From a virus, in IMG/VR virus record IMGVR_UViG_3300017963_000201, positions 80,960 to 144,959 of that record: a stretch of DNA of 64,000 nucleotides, one strand, 5' to 3'. Below, in pieces: positions 1 through 8,612 of this stretch. Below the pieces are notes generated by a model, which did no database searches, was not told the DNA's origin, and was given only the letters and a program-made list of their open reading frames with translations. Each line of letters starts with the position of its first letter. The stretch's first letter is position 1. A program made the translations under genes and the position numbers.

Positions 1-150
1 AAACGATACTGGAAGAAAAAAAGACTGAGTATAAAAGATCTATGACAGGATGCGTACCGATAGATCACGGAAAAACATATATTAAATTATATAGATCTTT
101 ATTTTGGTACCAACAAAAACATGCTTTATATGATGCCCTACTAGAGTTAT

Positions 151-411
151 GTGAAAATGATTAAGAATATCTTAGAAACTATATTTATCGTACTGAGCCT
201 TGCTGCCGGGATAACGGGGTATGTTGGCTTCCTTATACTAGGTTTGTATTCTTTTTGGTGTACTTTAGAATATTTTAATAATCATGAAAGTATACTAGTT
301 GGCATAATTGTCGGGGTATTCCCATTGGTACTAATATCTGCGCTAACCTTTATCTTTGGTCGATTATTTTTTGAATGGTGGCTCATAAAATATAGGAGGA
401 GTCACCTATGA
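151..411 (+). CDS. small membrane protein, hypothetical
   Basis: Two long hydrophobic segments; stop overlaps next start (ATGA). Confidence 0.6.
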   Translation: MKMIKNILETIFIVLSLAAGITGYVGFLILGLYSFWCTLEYFNNHESILVGIIVGVFPLVLISALTFIFGRLFFEWWLIKYRRSHL

Positions 412-728
412 TTGATTACGCTAAATTAAAAATGGATCTCGCCAAGGCTAAACAGAGAGCAAAAGACGCAGCAGATAAAGTGGAAGACACAGGGTCCTGC
501 AACACGGATCACGTATTTATTCCTGTAGGATCGTGTAATAAGATCAAAAGAGGTAGCAAGAAATTATCAGAAATTTTCGGGGATGTCATTTTTCATAGTG
601 GTTGGCACCATGGGTATTTTGCACCTATACCCACGTATGGCTTAGGATATAAAAATACTGTTGCTCAGGAAGCTGCAGCAAAGGCACTTCGAGAATATGG
701 GGCATACGTATTTTACCAACTTGATTAA
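408..728 (+). CDS. hypothetical phage protein
   Basis: AGGAGGAG RBS upstream; coupled to neighbours by ATGA/TAATG overlaps. Confidence 0.7.
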   Translation: MIDYAKLKMDLAKAKQRAKDAADKVEDTGSCNTDHVFIPVGSCNKIKRGSKKLSEIFGDVIFHSGWHHGYFAPIPTYGLGYKNTVAQEAAAKALREYGAYVFYQLD

Positions 729-933
729 TGAAAAAAAGATTATTAAAGGAATTAGAAAAACAAAGGTTTTGGAAAATAGCCAAGAAAGTAGGCTTTCTAA
801 AACTAGACTATGAAGATCAGCATTTATTAATTTTCAAAATTTATCAGATTGCGGAAGAAATGAGTAGCAGGAAAATGGATACTACCCCAATGATCGGTGA
901 GCTAGTATCTAAATACCTTATCGAGGACTAATT

Positions 934-1254
934 ATGGGATTTGGAGATCAAAAGTTAATAGAAGAACAAAAAAGATTAGCCAAAATAGAAAAAGCAGAAA
1001 AAGAACATAAGCCCGTATTATATAAAGTTGTGGGTGAGAGGCAAGTGTCGGTCAAGACAGAATTAACTATTAAAGCCAGATCGGAAGAGGAAGCTGAAGA
1101 TTTGTTTTTCAAAGAAATTAAAAACTACGATTTAAATCAATTTGATTATTGCCCTGGAAATGAGGACATCGAAATTGAATCGATTGAAGCTTTACAAGCC
1201 ATAGAAGAACCAGATGATAAAACGCTAAATCTTTTTAATACAAAATCCTCATGA
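934..1254 (+). CDS. hypothetical phage protein
   Basis: GAGGA RBS; 'TIKARSEEEAED' segment typical of small phage proteins. Confidence 0.6.
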   Translation: MGFGDQKLIEEQKRLAKIEKAEKEHKPVLYKVVGERQVSVKTELTIKARSEEEAEDLFFKEIKNYDLNQFDYCPGNEDIEIESIEALQAIEEPDDKTLNLFNTKSS

Positions 1255-1835
1255 TATTTTTTACGGCTGATACGCACTTTAACCATACAAATATTTTAAA
1301 GTTATGTATGCGTCCTTATTACTGTATCAAGGAAATGAACGAGGATATAATTGAAAGGTGGAATACCACAGTAACAACAAATGATATTGTTTTTCATTTG
1401 GGTGACTTTAGCTTTTCAGACCCAAGACCCTTTTTAGCTCGATTAAATGGGCAAATTATTATTATAAAAGGTAACCACGACAACAGATCTGTACGTAAAA
1501 AGTTTAATATATATTCACACCAAATGCGCATGAGGATTGGCAACTTTTTTTGTTTATTAAATCACCGACCCCTATACTCAGGGACTAATAAAGATCACCA
1601 CGATCCAAAAGAAGAAATAGCTTATCCAGCAAGATACGATTTTATAATTTCCGGCCACGTTCACGAGAAATGGCTCTGGACGGGCCGATCTTTAAATGTA
1701 GGGGTTGATCAACACGAATTTACGCCTCTGAGTTACCCCCTTGTCCTAAACTTACTTTATGCTCGTAAAGAGCACCTTATGACTAAACATGCTACATCGT
1801 GGGATAAAATTAAACAAAAAAACTTAGACGAATAG
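1251..1835 (+). CDS. calcineurin-like metallophosphoesterase
   Basis: Motifs ADTHFNH, HLGD, KGNHD, NHRP, SGHVH, LNVGVD in canonical order. Confidence 0.92.
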   Translation: MIFFTADTHFNHTNILKLCMRPYYCIKEMNEDIIERWNTTVTTNDIVFHLGDFSFSDPRPFLARLNGQIIIIKGNHDNRSVRKKFNIYSHQMRMRIGNFFCLLNHRPLYSGTNKDHHDPKEEIAYPARYDFIISGHVHEKWLWTGRSLNVGVDQHEFTPLSYPLVLNLLYARKEHLMTKHATSWDKIKQKNLDE

Positions 1836-1980
1836 TTGGTTCATTCAACCAACTTACCTACCTAAACTAAGCAAACTTTACCTACTAAAATTTTCCAAAA
1901 TTGCAAAATTTATATAGGATTTTCGTGTAGGTTTTATGCCTACTTCTTTATAATTCGAATACTTATACGTAATACAATTG

Positions 1981-1996
1981 TGGCACGCTATTTGCT
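1981..1996 (+). promoter_or_regulatory. sigma54 (-24/-12) promoter
   Basis: TGGCAC-GCTAT-TTGCT matches TGGCAC-N5-TTGCW exactly, in an intergenic region. Confidence 0.7.
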
Positions 1997-2012
1997 AATT
2001 ATATAAATTGTA

Positions 2013-2090
2013 ATGGCTACCGGACTCAAAAAAATAGGGCTAGTGGTTATGGTCGCCCTGGCCATCTGCAAAACCGAGCCCGGTGGCTAT
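2013..2090 (+). ncRNA. putative structured RNA / 5' leader
   Basis: ATGGCTACCGGACTC (2013-2027) pairs with GAGCCCGGTGGCTAT (2076-2090): 14 of 15 positions including G-U; inner AGGGC/GCCCT stem; starts just after the predicted sigma54 +1. Confidence 0.4.
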
Positions 2091-2102
2091 CGAAAAAATA
2101 CC

Positions 2103-2132
2103 TTGACAAACGTAACACGTTTGTGTTACGTT
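2103..2132 (+). promoter_or_regulatory. sigma70-type promoter overlapped by palindromic operator
   Basis: TTGACA at 2103; TG-n-TACGTT at 2124-2132; perfect inverted repeat AACGTAACAC-gttt-GTGTTACGTT (2109-2132). Confidence 0.7.
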
Positions 2133-2154
2133 AGACGGTAGAAAGGGAATTTCC

Positions 2155-4140
2155 ATGAAAATCCATTACAGCGCACAACAAAAATTATACTATGCGGAAG
2201 CGACGAAGGAAGAGCGCTTCCCACTAAAAGAAGCGGGGTTCTGGTTCCACGGGCCAGAATACCGTTGCAGCTTCTCTGGGTGCAAATGCTGTGCCATCAA
2301 ACTAGAGTGGGTTTGGTGGACCACCAAACCTGAAATCGCAGCCAGACTCCTGGAAGTCTGTGACGATGACGCAAAATGTGCCCTCACGGGGCACGTCGAG
2401 AGCGTGGAGGCTTCCCGAGCCTCCGACGCTGAGATAGATATTCCCTGCCCCGAAAATCTCGCTTACCGCCCCTTCCAGCGGGCCGGTGTAGCCTACGCAG
2501 CCGAGCGTAGCGCTACAATGATCGCCGACGAAATGGGGCTTGGAAAAACAATACAAGCCCTGGGGATTGCCAACTATAAAAAAGCAAAAAACATCTTAAT
2601 TGTTTGCCCCGCGTCTCTACGATTAAATTGGAAGCGGGAGGCCCAGAAATGGCTCGTAGAGCCACACACGATCCAAGTTGTCACCAAGCCATCGGACGAC
2701 GTGAGCGCTGCTGATATCGTAATCATTAATTATGACCGCTGTAAAGGTCAGCACCTTGAAGCGCTGAAAGCCAGAGAGTGGGATCTTATAGTAGTGGACG
2801 AGGTTCACTATTGCAAAAACCCGAAAGCCCAGCGGACCAAGAATATCCTGGGCTATTGGGATCGCAAAAACCGTACAGCGGTCCCCGGCCTGGTAGACCG
2901 AGCGAAAATTAAACTTTTTCTCACGGGCACCCCGATCACAAACCGCCCCATTGAGCTGCACCCACTGGCCGCAAAACTCGATCTCCGAGAGTTTGGAAAT
3001 TTTATGCGCTTCGCCAAACGCTACTGTGACGCCCACGAGACCAGATACGGATGGGACTTTTCGGGCGCGAGTCATCTAGACGAACTCCAAGCCAAACTTC
3101 GCGGAAGTTTTATGGTTCGCAGGCTAAAGAAAGACGTGCTCAAAGAGCTTCCGGCAAAAGTCAGACAGGTTGTCATTTTGAACCAAAATGGGTGCGCAAA
3201 CGCGGTAAAAGCCGAACAAAAGGCATGGGCGCAAGCCGGGGGAGCGGACTTTGAAGCACTAAAAGCTAACGTGGAGCTTGCCGCTGCCAGTGAAGATCAA
3301 AATGCTTACAGGTCTGCAGTACATGCCCTTAATTCAGCAATCCGGGTCGCTTTTGAAGATATGGCCGAAATTCGACATGAAACAGCAGAAAAGAAAACCC
3401 CAGCAGTGCTTGAACACTGCGATGACATACTTGAAAATGTCAGCAAGCTGGTGATTTTTGCACACCACAAAAAAGTAATTGCAGGGATCAAAGAGCATTA
3501 TGGCGAAAAAGCAGTAGTCGTGGATGGATCAACTCCTAATGATGCCCGGCAAGCAGCTGTAGACGCATTTCAAAACGATCCTAGCATTAAAGTTTTCATC
3601 GGATCGATCAAGGCTGCTGGTGTTGGCCTAACACTGACCGCAGCCTCCCACGTTGTTTTTGCCGAGCTGGATTGGACACCAGCAAACATGACGCAAGCGG
3701 AAGATCGTTGCCACCGGATCGGGCAAACCGATTCCGTCACTGTCCAGCACTTGGTTGTCAATGGCAGCCTTGACGCCAGGATGGCTGAAATCCTCGTGTG
3801 GAAACAGGAAATTATTGAAGCTGCGCTGGATAATCCTGAGAAGGCCATAGAGGTTCCTGAGCCCACCGAACTCCCCAAACCCAAATATCCCAAAGCGACT
3901 GATGAGCAGCGCAAGGCTTGCACCGATGCCCTCCGAATGCTTGCAGGACTGTGTGATGGGGCACTTAAAATAGATGGGCATGGATTCAATAAATGCGATA
4001 GTACAATTGGAAAAAGTTTAGCTTCGCGCTCTATGGATCGTGAGCTAACGGACGGCGAAGTGTTCTTGGCCAAACGAATCCTGCCAAAATACCACAGGCA
4101 GGTCGGTAGCGATCTCATTGAAAAGGTAAAAGCGGCATGA
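2155..4140 (+). CDS. SNF2-family (HARP/SMARCAL1-like) helicase
   Basis: IADEMGLGKT, IVCPASL, VVDEVH, LTGTPITNRP, RRLKKDVL.ELP, GVGLTLTAA, QAEDRCHRIGQ. Confidence 0.95.
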   Translation: MKIHYSAQQKLYYAEATKEERFPLKEAGFWFHGPEYRCSFSGCKCCAIKLEWVWWTTKPEIAARLLEVCDDDAKCALTGHVESVEASRASDAEIDIPCPENLAYRPFQRAGVAYAAERSATMIADEMGLGKTIQALGIANYKKAKNILIVCPASLRLNWKREAQKWLVEPHTIQVVTKPSDDVSAADIVIINYDRCKGQHLEALKAREWDLIVVDEVHYCKNPKAQRTKNILGYWDRKNRTAVPGLVDRAKIKLFLTGTPITNRPIELHPLAAKLDLREFGNFMRFAKRYCDAHETRYGWDFSGASHLDELQAKLRGSFMVRRLKKDVLKELPAKVRQVVILNQNGCANAVKAEQKAWAQAGGADFEALKANVELAAASEDQNAYRSAVHALNSAIRVAFEDMAEIRHETAEKKTPAVLEHCDDILENVSKLVIFAHHKKVIAGIKEHYGEKAVVVDGSTPNDARQAAVDAFQNDPSIKVFIGSIKAAGVGLTLTAASHVVFAELDWTPANMTQAEDRCHRIGQTDSVTVQHLVVNGSLDARMAEILVWKQEIIEAALDNPEKAIEVPEPTELPKPKYPKATDEQRKACTDALRMLAGLCDGALKIDGHGFNKCDSTIGKSLASRSMDRELTDGEVFLAKRILPKYHRQVGSDLIEKVKAA

Positions 4141-4888
4141 GTCACTACATATGGTCATGCGGGCATAAGACTGCTAAGTCTTACAAAACCTATCCGATGT
4201 GCCCTGTTTGCGCAGTAGAGCAAGGCAAATATGCGGCTATGATTGCTCAGATTGAGGCGATAAGAGATCAAGAGAATGAGCGAAACAGAAGAGAAGGGAT
4301 TGCTTGGTCCAAAATTTTCAACCGGCAAGGTTGCCCTTACTGTGGGGGAATCACATGAAAGCTCAAGTTACTTTTCACTTTGACATGGAAGACATTATAT
4401 CGATATGTATTCATTGCTATCGGTACACCGGAGTTAGCTTAATCAAAAGTAAAAAACATATACTTAAAACAGTCCGTAACCATTTTGAAAACTACGGCTA
4501 CTGTTTGCTACAGACGGAAGTACCGTCTTGGGATAAACGCCTAGATCTAACTATGGAAGAAAAATTGTTCGCAGCATGGTGCAAAGAACAAAAGTGGGGA
4601 AACTAGGCCATGTCTAGATTCCATTGTTATCACGATTGGGCTAGCGAGCCCGCTTTGCTTACTCATACAAAAAATGGCTATTGAATACGAGAAAAATAAT
4701 GCAAGATAAAAACCAAATACAAGTACGTGCTTGCCAATGTATCCGTTGTGGGCATCTTTGGGTTGCGAGAGTTATACTATCAAGCAATACAACCAACCTA
4801 TCAGGGGAAGCTACAAAGTGGTGCCCTTCTTGCGGATCAAAAGCGGGATACTGTGGCCCAATACAGATATTAAAATTTGAGGAAAACC

Positions 4889-5044
4889 ATGAAAACAATC
4901 TGCGCACAATGCGGAAAAATACTTACTGATGAGTTTGGGAATCGTTTACATTCTGCTAATTTTGATTCAGAAATACCACACCCAACTAAGTACTTTACGT
5001 ATGCATGGTGTAATATATGTGCAGCAAAACGCAAAAAATGGTGA
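4889..5044 (+). CDS. 51-aa zinc-ribbon protein (not in ORF track)
   Basis: MKTICAQCGK...AWCNICAAKRKKW with two CxxC motifs and a GAGGA RBS. Confidence 0.6.
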   Translation: MKTICAQCGKILTDEFGNRLHSANFDSEIPHPTKYFTYAWCNICAAKRKKW

Positions 5045-5273
5045 AAAGAAACGGTATGTACGTATATATTTTAGAGATCACAACAGAAAAGCTAAATGGT
5101 ATTGGGCTATAAAGATTAAGAATAAAAAATATATAAGATGCAAAAAAGATGGTGATGATTTTTCTTACATGAGAAAATGTGGTACTGAAATAGAGAAATT
5201 GTATATTATGTTTGGAGAGCCGGAAAAAGAGATCCCGTTTAGGGTATATAGAATATTTTAAACGAGGTAGGAG

Positions 5274-5963
5274 ATGTGGAGTTACTACGGTAGCAAAAAA
5301 AAAAAGATTGCAAAACTTTACCCTTTTCCCAAATACGAATTAATTATAGAACCGTTTGCAGGTGCAGCTTGGTATAGTGTTTTGCACCGAGATAAAAATA
5401 TATTGCTTAACGAAAAGTATATTGTAATATATAATATTTGGAATTGGTTAATAAACAGAGCAAGTTCTAAATTGATTTTGGAAAATGCAGACTTCTATAA
5501 CGGCCAAGATATTAGCTAAATTGATTTGGAAAAACCGCATAAAGACTTGATAGGTTTTTGTATCAATAGAGGTAGCATAGCACCTAAAAATATTGTTCAA
5601 AAATGGAGTTGCCAAGTAGCATCTAAGCCCAATTGGGCAAGCACAACTAACTTTTTTTTAAAGAGAGTAGCAAAACTATTGCCTTAAATTAAGCACTGGA
5701 AAACACAATTTGGCGATTACAAAAAACTACCTAATGTTAAGGCAACTTGGTTCATTGACCCGCCTTATCAGTTTGGGGGCGAACACTACGCAATCAATGA
5801 TATTAACTATCATGAACTTAGTGACTGGTGCAAAACACGAAAGGGGCAAGTAATTGTCTGTGAAAATAATAAGTCTGATTGGCTGCCATTTGTAGCTTTA
5901 ACAGGAATTACAGGACAGCGTTGTAACACAACAGAATCGGTTTGGATAAATGAAAATCTATAA
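5274..5963 (+). pseudogene. D12-class (Dam-like) N6-adenine DNA methyltransferase with two in-frame TAA
   Basis: YYGSK, EPFAG and later FIDPPY (DPPY at 5757-5768) lie in one 230-codon frame interrupted by TAA at 5517 and 5685. Confidence 0.85.
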
Positions 5964-6248
5964 GATTTAGTTATGAAACAGGGAATGCGTCAAATATACA
6001 ATGGGTTTACTCGAGGTACTGGTGGATTAAAGTGCTATTGTTGCGGTGCCCGCTATAGAGCTATGAAAGCTATAAGAGCAAAAAACAAAATAAAAAATAA
6101 GCAAATTACCCGCGAAGCAAACTCTAATGGGTTACACACCCGATAACCACTCTTTGTATTGGGTTTATGGGTGTGGTGATAAGAATAGGGCTTTTACTGA
6201 GCTAGATCCCTACCTAAGTTTCATAAGATAACTGGTATTATACACTTT

Positions 6249-6680
6249 ATGAAATCTATTACAAGCTTCCGTGGTGAATACGCTTTTCTAAGTAATTTCT
6301 ATCCAGCATCAGTCCCCTTTCGGGGTATCATCTTCCCTACCGCCGAGCATGCTTATCAAGCGCAAAAGTCAAAAAGCCTAGAAGACCAAAAAAGGATAGC
6401 ACAAGTCAAAACTCCCGGAGAAGCTAAAAGACTAGGTAGATTTCTTAATCTTTATTCCGGATGGGATCAGATACGTATCCCCATCATGTTTGCAATTATT
6501 TACCGCAAATTTACTCACAACAAATATTTAGGTAAAAAGTTAGTAGCGACTAACCCAAAGATACTTATTGAAGAGAATACCTGGGGCGATAAATACTGGG
6601 GAAAAGTAAACGGAGATGGGCTTAATCTATTAGGATCACAGCTAATGCAGGTACGTTGGCTTCTCATAGAAAAAGGTTGA
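6249..6680 (+). CDS. NADAR (YbiA-like) family protein
   Basis: FLSNFY, FPTAEHAYQAQK, AKRLGR, KF, LIEEN.WGD.YWG, G.NLLG..LM.VR. Confidence 0.93.
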   Translation: MKSITSFRGEYAFLSNFYPASVPFRGIIFPTAEHAYQAQKSKSLEDQKRIAQVKTPGEAKRLGRFLNLYSGWDQIRIPIMFAIIYRKFTHNKYLGKKLVATNPKILIEENTWGDKYWGKVNGDGLNLLGSQLMQVRWLLIEKG

Positions 6681-6797
6681 CACACTCAAGTACTATTATT
6701 AATATAGGTACTAGAGAGTCGATTCAGCTTGGTATCCTGGTTCGATGTCTAAGTTGGCAGACTCTCTTGCTCCTAAGCTAAATGCTTAGGAGTTTTT
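6677..6797 (+). ncRNA. sRNA unit 1 (promoter + ~85-nt RNA + terminator)
   Basis: TTGACA(6677)-17 bp-TAATAT(6700); AGAGAGTC/GACTCTCT stem (6713-6720/6760-6767); terminator CTCCTAAGC/GCTTAGGAG + T5. Confidence 0.7.
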
Positions 6798-6799
6798 AT

Positions 6800-6896
6800 T
6801 TGACAGGATTAGCCTAATACAGTATATTACCTTTTGGGTGTTAGAAGTGGCCTTGGATTGATGATCGCTCCCGGAATTATCCGGGAGCACTTTTTT
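6800..6896 (+). ncRNA. sRNA unit 2 (promoter + ~60-nt RNA + terminator)
   Basis: TTGACA(6800)-17 bp-TATATT(6823); terminator GCTCCCGGA/TCCGGGAGC + T6. Confidence 0.7.
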
Positions 6897-6897
6897 A

Positions 6898-6989
6898 TTG
6901 ACACGTATTACTATTTTGATAAGTTAGCTAACGAACGTGATCTCCGGAATAACCCCCTTCAATTACCGCTACGATTGAAGGGGGGTTTT
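6898..6989 (+). ncRNA. sRNA unit 3 (promoter + ~58-nt RNA + terminator)
   Basis: TTGACA(6898)-16 bp-TAAGTT(6920) with extended TG; terminator CCCCCTTCAAT/ATTGAAGGGGG + T4. Confidence 0.65.
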
Positions 6990-6991
6990 CC

Positions 6992-7082
6992 TTGACACTG
7001 TGAATTAATTAAGATATAAGAAAAATACTGCGTATCCGTCTGGCCCCTCAGACTTTGGCAAGAGTTTGGGGGGTACTTTTTT
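6992..7082 (+). ncRNA. sRNA unit 4 (promoter + ~56-nt RNA + terminator)
   Basis: TTGACA(6992)-17 bp-TATAAG(7015); 13-bp stem 7044-7073 with three G-U pairs (folds fully only on + strand) + T6. Confidence 0.65.
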
Positions 7083-7953
7083 AATCACTTCTAGCAGAAG
7101 AAAAGAATCTGGACCAGAATCCTGCAGGTAGTGCGGAGTAGATTCTCCCGGCCCCCATATAGCCCCCAGGGCCAACCTGATGCAAAACAGTACCCTTGGT
7201 CCTATATTGTTGTTTGAAGCCCACAGAAGCCTTTGTAAAGCGGTTCAGGATGGCGCTAATCATCCCAGACAACTTTCCGTAGTGATCAATGACTAGACTA
7301 TTCCCACCCAAAGCATAATTGAAATCAGTATCGATAGAAAAGATTCCCTGAGATTCCAAAGCTGCTATAGTAGCAGCATCGATTAAAATTGTACCGTATT
7401 GAGCAAATGGGTAGTTGTCTACGGTCAAACTCGTATAAGGTGGAATTGCATTTATGAATTGAACACCGCGATCTAGGTAAAAGATTAAATGTTTATCATC
7501 ATATCCATAGAAAAGCTGAATGTCGGGGTCGGTAGAAGCCCGATCCATGTTTTCGATATAATCACTGATTGACTTTCTTGCCTTATCTACTTGGACTCTG
7601 AGTTGAGCCGCGTATGCATAATACTTGGTAGAAACGGATTTTACAAAAACGTTATTACTGACAGTGACGTTTTCTAATATGCATCTCGTAGCCAGTAAAT
7701 ACTCTTCGTTATAGGTAGAAGCATCAAAGGAATATTGATATATCCCTGTACCCGCGTGAGTAATACTAGTCCCGCCAGATGCCGTAAATGATCCTGAATC
7801 TTCCGATGAATCATCTGATATGTTAATCAAATTAAAAGAACTAGTGCCTGCTACATCTGTTAGGGAGTTTGTCAACGTATCCCGAACATAGAAAGTAATG
7901 GGCTCGGTTTGGTTAGCCAACACTACATGAAAATCGGTAAATGATTGGCTCAT
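7081..7953 (-). CDS. putative head-tail adaptor/neck protein with N-terminal beta-sandwich domain
   Basis: Position downstream of capsid gene; beta-rich N-terminal half (GTGIYQYSF) and helical C-terminal half with 'DFNYALGGNSL.ID', resembling large-phage neck proteins. Confidence 0.5.
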   Translation of the reverse strand: MSQSFTDFHVVLANQTEPITFYVRDTLTNSLTDVAGTSSFNLINISDDSSEDSGSFTASGGTSITHAGTGIYQYSFDASTYNEEYLLATRCILENVTVSNNVFVKSVSTKYYAYAAQLRVQVDKARKSISDYIENMDRASTDPDIQLFYGYDDKHLIFYLDRGVQFINAIPPYTSLTVDNYPFAQYGTILIDAATIAALESQGIFSIDTDFNYALGGNSLVIDHYGKLSGMISAILNRFTKASVGFKQQYRTKGTVLHQVGPGGYMGAGRIYSALPAGFWSRFFSSARSD

Positions 7954-8207
7954 GCTGTCCTCTGGGCAAAGAGTAATTTCTTTAGCTTTCTTATAGCATC
8001 GTCAAAGATAGCACAATCGGAATTTACATACTGATATTGTAAGCTCTGAATTCTAGGCTCATCCTTAAAAGAAAACTTATAGCTAGTCCCTAGCCTTCTA
8101 GCGTCAATAAGTTTGATTCGATGCATAAGCAGGTAAGCTGCTAAAGGTAGGTCGTTTGTAACAAAGACCTTTACAGAGACAACCTTTTCTTTATCTTGCT
8201 CATTCAC
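7950..8207 (-). CDS. DUF5659-like small protein
   Basis: TNDLPLAAYL motif and C-terminal F..AIRKLK. Confidence 0.6.
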   Translation of the reverse strand: MNEQDKEKVVSVKVFVTNDLPLAAYLLMHRIKLIDARRLGTSYKFSFKDEPRIQSLQYQYVNSDCAIFDDAIRKLKKLLFAQRTA

Positions 8208-8405
8208 TATTGTTTAGCATATCCATGATACTTTGAAATTGATCTTCCGTGGCCGCGTCAGCAATAGACTCAAAGATAATATCTGGATGTAGATCAAATA
8301 ACCTGTCTAGCATAGTATATTGTTGGTTAGCATCAAATTGATCTAAGAACAGATCAATAACTGCCATACGTTCTTGCTTGGTTAAATCGTATAGATATTT
8401 TGGCA

Positions 8406-8608
8406 TTAATAACTCCAATCAAAGTCAGGCATCCTATCACCATATATCTCGTAATAATCTGTCAGATAAATGGGTATATAGGAATGTCCATTTCCTCAAT
8501 CGATTCTAAAGTATCCCTAACATGCTCTGGCAATATATCTAGGGCTTTGTCTAACGATATAGTAATACTTACACTATCTTTTTGGGCAAATCTTGAGCGC
8601 ATCATCAT
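8406..8608 (-). pseudogene. AQ-tagged acidic protein, apparently frameshifted
   Basis: MMMRSRFAQKDSV... stops at TGA 8462; another frame continues LTDYYEIYGDRMPDFDWSY to a TAA overlapping the next ATG. Confidence 0.5.
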
Positions 8609-8612
8609 AACC

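Noticed and set aside
2013-2141. 42-aa lipoprotein-like ORF (MATGLKKIGLVVMVALAIC…)
   Set aside because: No RBS, imperfect lipobox, and it overlaps the hairpin and helicase promoter; not excluded but unsupported.
2190-4145. Several minus-strand ORFs within the helicase
   Set aside because: Antisense shadows of a GC-richer gene with no motifs.
4929-5261. 110-aa ORF as called
   Set aside because: Its 5' part overlaps the better-supported Zn-ribbon gene 4889-5044; the true start is unclear.
6677-7082. CRISPR array or tRNA gene in the promoter/hairpin region
   Set aside because: No conserved direct repeat beyond TTGACA; unit 1 lacks an anticodon arm and CCA.
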